Below the pieces are notes generated by a model. It saw nothing but the letters and a program-made list of their open reading frames with translations, did no database searches and was not told the DNA's origin. Of a DNA stretch of 42,406 nt, positions 36,837 through 42,406 are shown piece after piece. Both the position numbers and the translations under genes were made by a program. Every line of letters starts with the position of its first letter. The first letter of the stretch is position 1. The DNA is from a bacterium (lineage in GTDB: Bacteria; Patescibacteriota; Microgenomatia; UBA8517), in the NCBI GenBank assembly GCA_021790215.1, contig JAJYIG010000003.1, positions 1 to 42,406 of the forward strand, in the 5' to 3' direction.

Positions 36837-38045
36837 CTATTCATACTTTAGAGCTTCGATGGGGTTGAGTTTACTCGCGCGGGCGGCGGGGGCAACACCA
36901 AAAATAACTCCAATGACAGCTGAAACTCCGAATGAAAGCGCCACACTCCACCAGGTAACTGTTGTTGCAATAAAATGGTTAATACCCCATGCACCAAGCG
37001 CACCAATAGCAACTCCGATCATTCCGCCACCGAGAGATAGAACCACCGCCTCAATCAAGAATTGAACCAAAATATCACTGGGCTTTGCGCCAACAGCCTT
37101 CCTGAGTCCAATTTCGCGGGTTCTTTCGGTTACCGAAACAAGCATGATATTCATTATTCCCACCCCTCCAACAACCAAAGAGATCGCCGCAATTCCACCA
37201 AGAGCCAATGTTACAACTCCCAAAATCTGGTTTATTGTTGAGAGTAGGCTTGAAGAATCAAGTACCGAGAAATCGTCACTTTTTAGCACCTTTCCCAACT
37301 CTTTGTTGGCCATTGAAATAACCTGGGGGATACTCGCTTTATCGCGGGCTTTGATGCTAATTGCCTGAACAGTCTTCATTCCGGTAATTCGTTGTGCTGC
37401 AGTAATAGGAATTACTGCATAACTATTTATGTCTACCCCAAACCCGCCTGCACCGATTTTACTCAAAATTCCGACAACCTGGAATTTCTGACTGCCAATG
37501 GTGACTTCCTTACCAATTGGGTACGATGCCCCAAAAAGAGTGGTAGCAAGCCCCTCACCTATATCAATCACACTCCGGGCCGAAGAATTATCTGAATCAC
37601 TAATCATTCTGCCCGATGAAGTAACTAAATTACGCATCTTTTGATATTCCGCAGTCACTCCCGCAACGGTTGTATATTTAGATTTACCAAGATAAGAAAC
37701 TCTTGACTGAGTTTCGATCCCAGCACCAACTGACTCAATTGGGCCTCCAAGAAGAGAAAGTCTGTTCACGTCTTCCAAAGTTAATTTACTCCCAGCAATA
37801 TTTGGAGCAGAAGAAATTGAAGCGCCGCCGCTACTCGATACCTTTCCTGGCAAAACTACAACCAAGTCGCTTCCCAATGATTGAAATTCTTCAGTTATGT
37901 AATTTTGCAAACCTTGTCCTATGGAAACCAATAGAATCACAGCCGAAACTCCGATTATAATTCCCAACATCGTTAAAAGGGAACGGCTTTTGTTCCTGAG
38001 TAAACTCTGTATTGCCAGTTTTACAATTTCATTAATTGCAATCAT
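36837..38045 (-). CDS. MacB/FtsX-type ABC permease
   Basis: RSLLTMLGIIIGV, GGVGIMNIMLVSVTERTREIGLRKAVGA, PIEALKYE. Confidence 0.95.
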   Translation of the reverse strand: MIAINEIVKLAIQSLLRNKSRSLLTMLGIIIGVSAVILLVSIGQGLQNYITEEFQSLGSDLVVVLPGKVSSSGGASISSAPNIAGSKLTLEDVNRLSLLGGPIESVGAGIETQSRVSYLGKSKYTTVAGVTAEYQKMRNLVTSSGRMISDSDNSSARSVIDIGEGLATTLFGASYPIGKEVTIGSQKFQVVGILSKIGAGGFGVDINSYAVIPITAAQRITGMKTVQAISIKARDKASIPQVISMANKELGKVLKSDDFSVLDSSSLLSTINQILGVVTLALGGIAAISLVVGGVGIMNIMLVSVTERTREIGLRKAVGAKPSDILVQFLIEAVVLSLGGGMIGVAIGALGAWGINHFIATTVTWWSVALSFGVSAVIGVIFGVAPAARASKLNPIEALKYE

Positions 38046-38767
38046 TTATGACCTCCATTATTCTTCTTTCCCGTCCGGCCGGAAACCAGATGATCAGAAA
38101 TAATCAGACCATCCTTTATTTCTATTATCCTTTTACTTTCCAGGGCAATATCCCTTTCATGAGTAACCAAAACAATAGTATTACCTGACTCATTTAAGGC
38201 CTTTAACAAATCAATTATTTCCTGACTGGCTTTGCTATCCAAATTACCAGTCGGCTCATCGGCTAGAATTAGACTCGGTTTCGTTATTAAAGCTCTTGCG
38301 ATTGCGACCCTCTGTTGTTGTCCGCCGGAAAGTTGCGAGGGAGTATGACCAACTCTGTCCCCCAAACCAACCACTCTCAATACTTCAAGCGCTTGCTTCC
38401 TTCTTTCGGATGAAGAAACTCCCGAATAAATTAAAGGGAGCTCTACATTCTCAAGCGCAGAAGTTTTTGGGAGTAGATTAAAAGCCTGAAATACAAAACC
38501 GATATGTTTATTCCGTAACTCCGCCAATTTTTCCTCCGGAAGCTCTATAATATCCTTCCCCTCAAGGCTTACCGTACCAGAAGTGGGCTGGTCCAAGATC
38601 CCAATAATATGCATCAAGGTAGATTTCCCGGACCCCGACGGCCCGATTATGGAAACAAACTCTCCCTGCCCTATTTCCAAATCAATTCCCTTAAGGGCTT
38701 GTACCTCAATATCTTCGCCCAGTTTATATTTTTTTGTGACTTTTGAAAGAGAAATAAGTGAAGCCAT
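38042..38767 (-). CDS. ABC transporter ATP-binding protein (LolD/MacB-like)
   Basis: [28 protein letters not shown]. Confidence 0.95.
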   Translation of the reverse strand: MASLISLSKVTKKYKLGEDIEVQALKGIDLEIGQGEFVSIIGPSGSGKSTLMHIIGILDQPTSGTVSLEGKDIIELPEEKLAELRNKHIGFVFQAFNLLPKTSALENVELPLIYSGVSSSERRKQALEVLRVVGLGDRVGHTPSQLSGGQQQRVAIARALITKPSLILADEPTGNLDSKASQEIIDLLKALNESGNTIVLVTHERDIALESKRIIEIKDGLIISDHLVSGRTGKKNNGGHK

Positions 38768-38811
38768 ATTAAAAATAACTAATTTAAAATTATAAATTTC
38801 AAACGAAACCG

Positions 38812-39885
38812 CTAAGAACCCACTCTTTGTCCTTCTTTAAGCGTTGGTGATGGTTGAGAAATTATTTGCTCACCTTCCGTCAACCCAGACGTGATTTGGA
38901 TCTCATCAGCATTTGAGGCGCCCACCTCGACATTAACTTTCTTCGCTCTCCCATTTTCGATCATCCAAACATAATTTGTGGAATCGGTAACAAGTGCGGT
39001 TGAGGGGATTTTTAGAACATTTTCAATTTTATTGAATACTATATCCGCATCTCCACCCATTCCGACTCTAAACTTCAAACCACTATTATCCGGAAGTGAA
39101 ATTCTTACATGATAAGCATTGCCACCAGTTGATGAAGTAAACGCAACAACTCCGATACTTGATACTTTACCCTGAAAAGTCTGGTCCGGATAAGCGTCAA
39201 GTTTTATGTTGGCTGTTTGCCCAACCGTTACATTTAGTAAATCCATCTCCTCCACCTGTGCATCAAAATATACAGAAGAAGGATCAACTATTGTGTAATT
39301 AGCAGCACCTGCCGTAACATTAACTCCGGGAGAAGACGGGGAAACTGTGTCAACTATTCCATCGAATGGTGCATATAAAGAAGCATTTTTCAATGCATCC
39401 TCAGCTGCCAAAACATCATTGTATGCGTTATCATTTGCCACCTCTGCTGCAGTGCGGGTTGACTTTTGTGAGAAAGTTTCAGCGCTGCCATAATTTTTAT
39501 CGTTATCGTGCTCAAGTTGAACCGCAGCCTGGGTTGCCCTATAAGTATTTAGGGCATTTTGATAGGCAGCATTAAGGGAAACAGCGTCTACCTGAGCAAT
39601 AAACTGCCCCTTTTTAACTGTTTCACCTACTTTTACCCCAACCGCTGTAACTTTTCCGCCAGCAGGAAATGTAAGTTCAGTATCTCTGTCCGCCTCAACA
39701 TAACCCGAAGTAGAAACCGATTCAGTAAGTTCACCTGACGTAACTTTTGCAGTTTGAACATTAACAGACTTATTAGCTGAAACAATAACCCGCCAAATAA
39801 TGATTGCAGCGATCACTAAAAATACCCAAAACCATTTCCCCAATCTTTTCCTGAAATTGCTTATTGAATCAAATATTCTTTTCAT
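38812..39885 (-). CDS. MacA-like periplasmic adaptor (membrane fusion protein)
   Basis: V.VGETVKKGQ, LYAPFDG.V lipoyl halves, IPS.AL, GL.EG. Confidence 0.92.
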   Translation of the reverse strand: MKRIFDSISNFRKRLGKWFWVFLVIAAIIIWRVIVSANKSVNVQTAKVTSGELTESVSTSGYVEADRDTELTFPAGGKVTAVGVKVGETVKKGQFIAQVDAVSLNAAYQNALNTYRATQAAVQLEHDNDKNYGSAETFSQKSTRTAAEVANDNAYNDVLAAEDALKNASLYAPFDGIVDTVSPSSPGVNVTAGAANYTIVDPSSVYFDAQVEEMDLLNVTVGQTANIKLDAYPDQTFQGKVSSIGVVAFTSSTGGNAYHVRISLPDNSGLKFRVGMGGDADIVFNKIENVLKIPSTALVTDSTNYVWMIENGRAKKVNVEVGASNADEIQITSGLTEGEQIISQPSPTLKEGQRVGS

Positions 39886-39934
39886 ATTATGGCAAACTCA
39901 GATTTTACTCCTTAAGTATGACTTCGCACAATAC

Positions 39935-40237
39935 TTAGCGAAAAATCCTCTTAATAATAAATCTCCAAAAAGATTCGGGGGCATTTTTGTTTTCGGAGGC
40001 AGAACTTGACCAAACCGAAAGAATTACCCATTCATGCCTCTCATTTTGTTTTGCAACAACCTCAATCCGGGTTTTTCCATACCTACGATAATAAACCCGC
40101 GAACCGGAAGCGGTTCCTTTTCTTGATCTTTCAGGATTTCTCCATGTAGCCCAGGCATCGCTTTGCGATATTCTACGCTGTCTTAACCTTTCAAGCGCAT
40201 GATTTGTCCAGATAACTTTACCGAAATTTGGATCCAT
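39935..40237 (-). CDS. DUF4258-like protein
   Basis: TNHALERLRQR.IS, ..VV.......VILSVW. Confidence 0.7.
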   Translation of the reverse strand: MDPNFGKVIWTNHALERLRQRRISQSDAWATWRNPERSRKGTASGSRVYYRRYGKTRIEVVAKQNERHEWVILSVWSSSASENKNAPESFWRFIIKRIFR

Positions 40238-40240
40238 AGA

Positions 40241-40573
40241 TTACCCATTCAATGATTTGATTTCCGACAGCAAATCATCTGAAATCTTTTTTAGTTCTTG
40301 CTTTAATATTTCTTCAATATTTTCATCTGTTTTTCCATGCAGGTAGGCAAAAATGATTTGTTCATCATGAGGACTTTTATGAAAAATCTCCAAAAATTCT
40401 TCATGGCATTCTCTTGGTAACTTGTCTAATATCTTTTCAATCACTTTATGGTTGATAATCTCATCAACTAACATCCACATCTCGTCCCGTTCCTCCTTGG
40501 AGGAAGCGGAATTTTTAATTACAAGTTCTATCTCCTTAAATTCAATTAGATTATCAAAAAAAAGTTTTGACAT
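40241..40573 (-). CDS. Hypothetical protein
   Basis: Tightly spaced in minus-strand operon; acidic, helical. Confidence 0.7.
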   Translation of the reverse strand: MSKLFFDNLIEFKEIELVIKNSASSKEERDEMWMLVDEIINHKVIEKILDKLPRECHEEFLEIFHKSPHDEQIIFAYLHGKTDENIEEILKQELKKISDDLLSEIKSLNG

Positions 40574-40576
40574 ATG

Positions 40577-41554
40577 TTACGCCTGCGTCAAAGTTACTCC
40601 AGGAACGTTGATTTTATTGTACTCTACCGGCCCCAGAGGAACTTTGTTCTCAGGATCATCAACAAAAAACAAAAGTACAACTCCCTTTTTGTACCTTGGT
40701 CCACCCAGGTAATTCATGACCTCGGGGCTTCCTCCAAATTGCTTCCCCGTCCAGTCGGCTGGTCCGGAATCCGCGATATCAGCCACAACCGCATTACCAT
40801 TAAGAGTATTAACAACCAAAACTTTTCTATATTTGTACCAATTCTGGAGGTATGGTTGACGGCTGTTCCAATCCGGAAGGTACAAAGTCTGAACAGCCAC
40901 ATACCATTCTTCATCGCTTGCCAATTGGGAAGTCAGAGATGACTTGGATAAAGCAAAATATCCCCAAGCTCCAAGCCCCGGGGCCATCCCTTCATCAAGC
41001 TGTGGGACTTTGGGATGCACCGCCATGGTATCTCCGGGGTAGCGGGCCAGGTGCTGCTCTGCCCCAATATAACCATATGTGGTATTTAGATGTTCCCCCT
41101 CCAAAGAGGCACGTGCAGGAACTCCCGTTAACTCTGTTAGAACTTGTTCCAGAGTTTTTTCCTGATATCTATTGAGTGGGCTTACTTTCTGGGGCAATGT
41201 AGACTTTAGATCGTTAATGAGACTTTCCTGAGGAGAAATATCCAAAGAGTTTCCCCCGATATCTGAAACATTTTTTACGATCTCGGTTACGGAAGGAATA
41301 TTTTTAGCAATGATAGGAGGAGTAAAAAGTAAGGTTCCTGTTAGAGCTCCAGTTGCAATAACTTTAGCTGAGTGTTGCCTGATTTTTCCCAAATCTACTC
41401 CTTTTTCCGAAAAGAATTTTGCAACATGGGGATACCTTCCAAAAAGTGAGTTTTTAGTCTCAATACTTTTGAGTTTTAACTTGTTTCGAAGAAATTCACT
41501 ATCAACCTTTTCCTGTATAAACTTTTGGTATGTTCTTTTGGCAGGCTGCGTCAT
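40577..41554 (-). CDS. Hypothetical membrane-anchored protein with RlpA-like DPBB C-terminus
   Basis: KVLVVNTLNGNAVVADIADSGP resembles the RlpA V.V.N..NG.SV.V.I.DRGP motif. Confidence 0.65.
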   Translation of the reverse strand: MTQPAKRTYQKFIQEKVDSEFLRNKLKLKSIETKNSLFGRYPHVAKFFSEKGVDLGKIRQHSAKVIATGALTGTLLFTPPIIAKNIPSVTEIVKNVSDIGGNSLDISPQESLINDLKSTLPQKVSPLNRYQEKTLEQVLTELTGVPARASLEGEHLNTTYGYIGAEQHLARYPGDTMAVHPKVPQLDEGMAPGLGAWGYFALSKSSLTSQLASDEEWYVAVQTLYLPDWNSRQPYLQNWYKYRKVLVVNTLNGNAVVADIADSGPADWTGKQFGGSPEVMNYLGGPRYKKGVVLLFFVDDPENKVPLGPVEYNKINVPGVTLTQA

Positions 41555-41584
41555 ATTGTCCGACCAGCTTTAAAGGAGACTCCT

Positions 41585-42406
41585 CTAAAGTAAGGGTTTT
41601 AACCTTTCCAAGGTTTTCTCTTTTCCTAAAATAATAATTGAATCGTTAATGGGAGGAGTAAACTTCTTCCCGGTTATTGCAATACGAAGATCCATAAAAA
41701 AGTCGCCAGTTTTATAATTTTTCTCTTTTATATTTTGCATCAGCTTTCCATTAAGAGTTTCCAGATTCCATTCTTTAGAATTTCCGATAATTTCAGCCGC
41801 ATCCGAAATATGACTTTTGTAATTTTTACCAAGGAGGTTTTTGTCTACATCTTTTTTCTCCCAGAAAAATCCTGCAATATTTTCCAAATCAGAAATCTTT
41901 GTGATTCTATCCTTTATCAATTTAGTAATTTGAATTTTTGAATTTTTATTCATTGATTCAAATTTAGAATTTAGAATTTCGAATTTGCCGCAAAGCTCAG
42001 AGTCACTGAGCTTCCTAATATATTCTCCGTTAAACCAATCAAGCTTGTCAGTAAAAAATCTGGGGTTTGCTTCCTGAAAACCTTTTATGTCAAAGTGTTC
42101 AACAAATTCGGAAAGGGTAAAAATCTCCCGGTTATCCTTTGGAGCCCATCCCAGAAGCATTACAAAATTGAGAAGCGCCTCAGGTAGATACCCTTTTTCT
42201 AAAAATTGTTCCACAAAAACAGAGTCCCGTCTTTTACTTAACTTTTTTCCTGTAGTTGCAGAAAGAATATCAGTTAAGTGCCCTATTTCAGGGCGTTTTC
42301 CGCCAAGATATTCAAAAAGAAGGAGGTGAATCGGAGTTGAAGGCAGCCAGTCGTGACCCCTGAGAACATGACTCACTCCCATATCGAGATCGTCAACTGG
42401 CATTGC
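41585..42406 (-). CDS. gltX: Glutamate--tRNA ligase, 3' part (continues beyond window)
   Basis: VDD..M..SHVLRG.DWL, KLSKR, GYLPEALLNF, KL.W.NG.YI, LR.AITG. Confidence 0.95.
   Translation of the reverse strand, partial: AMPVDDLDMGVSHVLRGHDWLPSTPIHLLLFEYLGGKRPEIGHLTDILSATTGKKLSKRRDSVFVEQFLEKGYLPEALLNFVMLLGWAPKDNREIFTLSEFVEHFDIKGFQEANPRFFTDKLDWFNGEYIRKLSDSELCGKFEILNSKFESMNKNSKIQITKLIKDRITKISDLENIAGFFWEKKDVDKNLLGKNYKSHISDAAEIIGNSKEWNLETLNGKLMQNIKEKNYKTGDFFMDLRIAITGKKFTPPINDSIIILGKEKTLERLKPLL

Overview
Low-GC bacterial window using the standard genetic code. Gene content and frequent leaderless-type promoters suggest Patescibacteria/CPR, Microgenomates-like (inference). It opens with tRNA-Gln(CTG) at 29-102. 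An ~20.1 kb island follows, bounded by an imperfect direct repeat that starts exactly at the tRNA 3' end (97-150 vs 20204-20257). The island carries (i) a plus-strand copper/redox cluster (CsoR-like, CcdA, two-component system, cupredoxin, CopA, CopZ) with four copies of an OmpR-type tandem box, and (ii) a minus-strand core of wHTH protein, ParB-DNA methylase, small and large terminase and a large serine recombinase, with no portal, capsid, tail or replication genes. It also has (iii) a 3.55 kb ArsR/P1B-ATPase cassette between two copies of a 71-bp site. That site is centred on a TCCATC-AG-GATGGA dyad overlapping the recombinase's own promoter and start codon, and is the strongest candidate for an undescribed system: serine-recombinase cassette capture at its own 5' end. 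Finally (iv), a HEPN-like gene and a MerR-HTH protein lie near the right end. Beyond the island are a gene-fragment-rich accessory stretch, an ArsR-thioredoxin-ArsP operon, mscL, a PAP2 gene with an internal TGA, envelope and transport genes, a TrpR-like gene bracketed by a 25-bp direct repeat, a MacAB-like ABC exporter and the 3' part of gltX. All calls come from motif recognition by eye; no searches were run.
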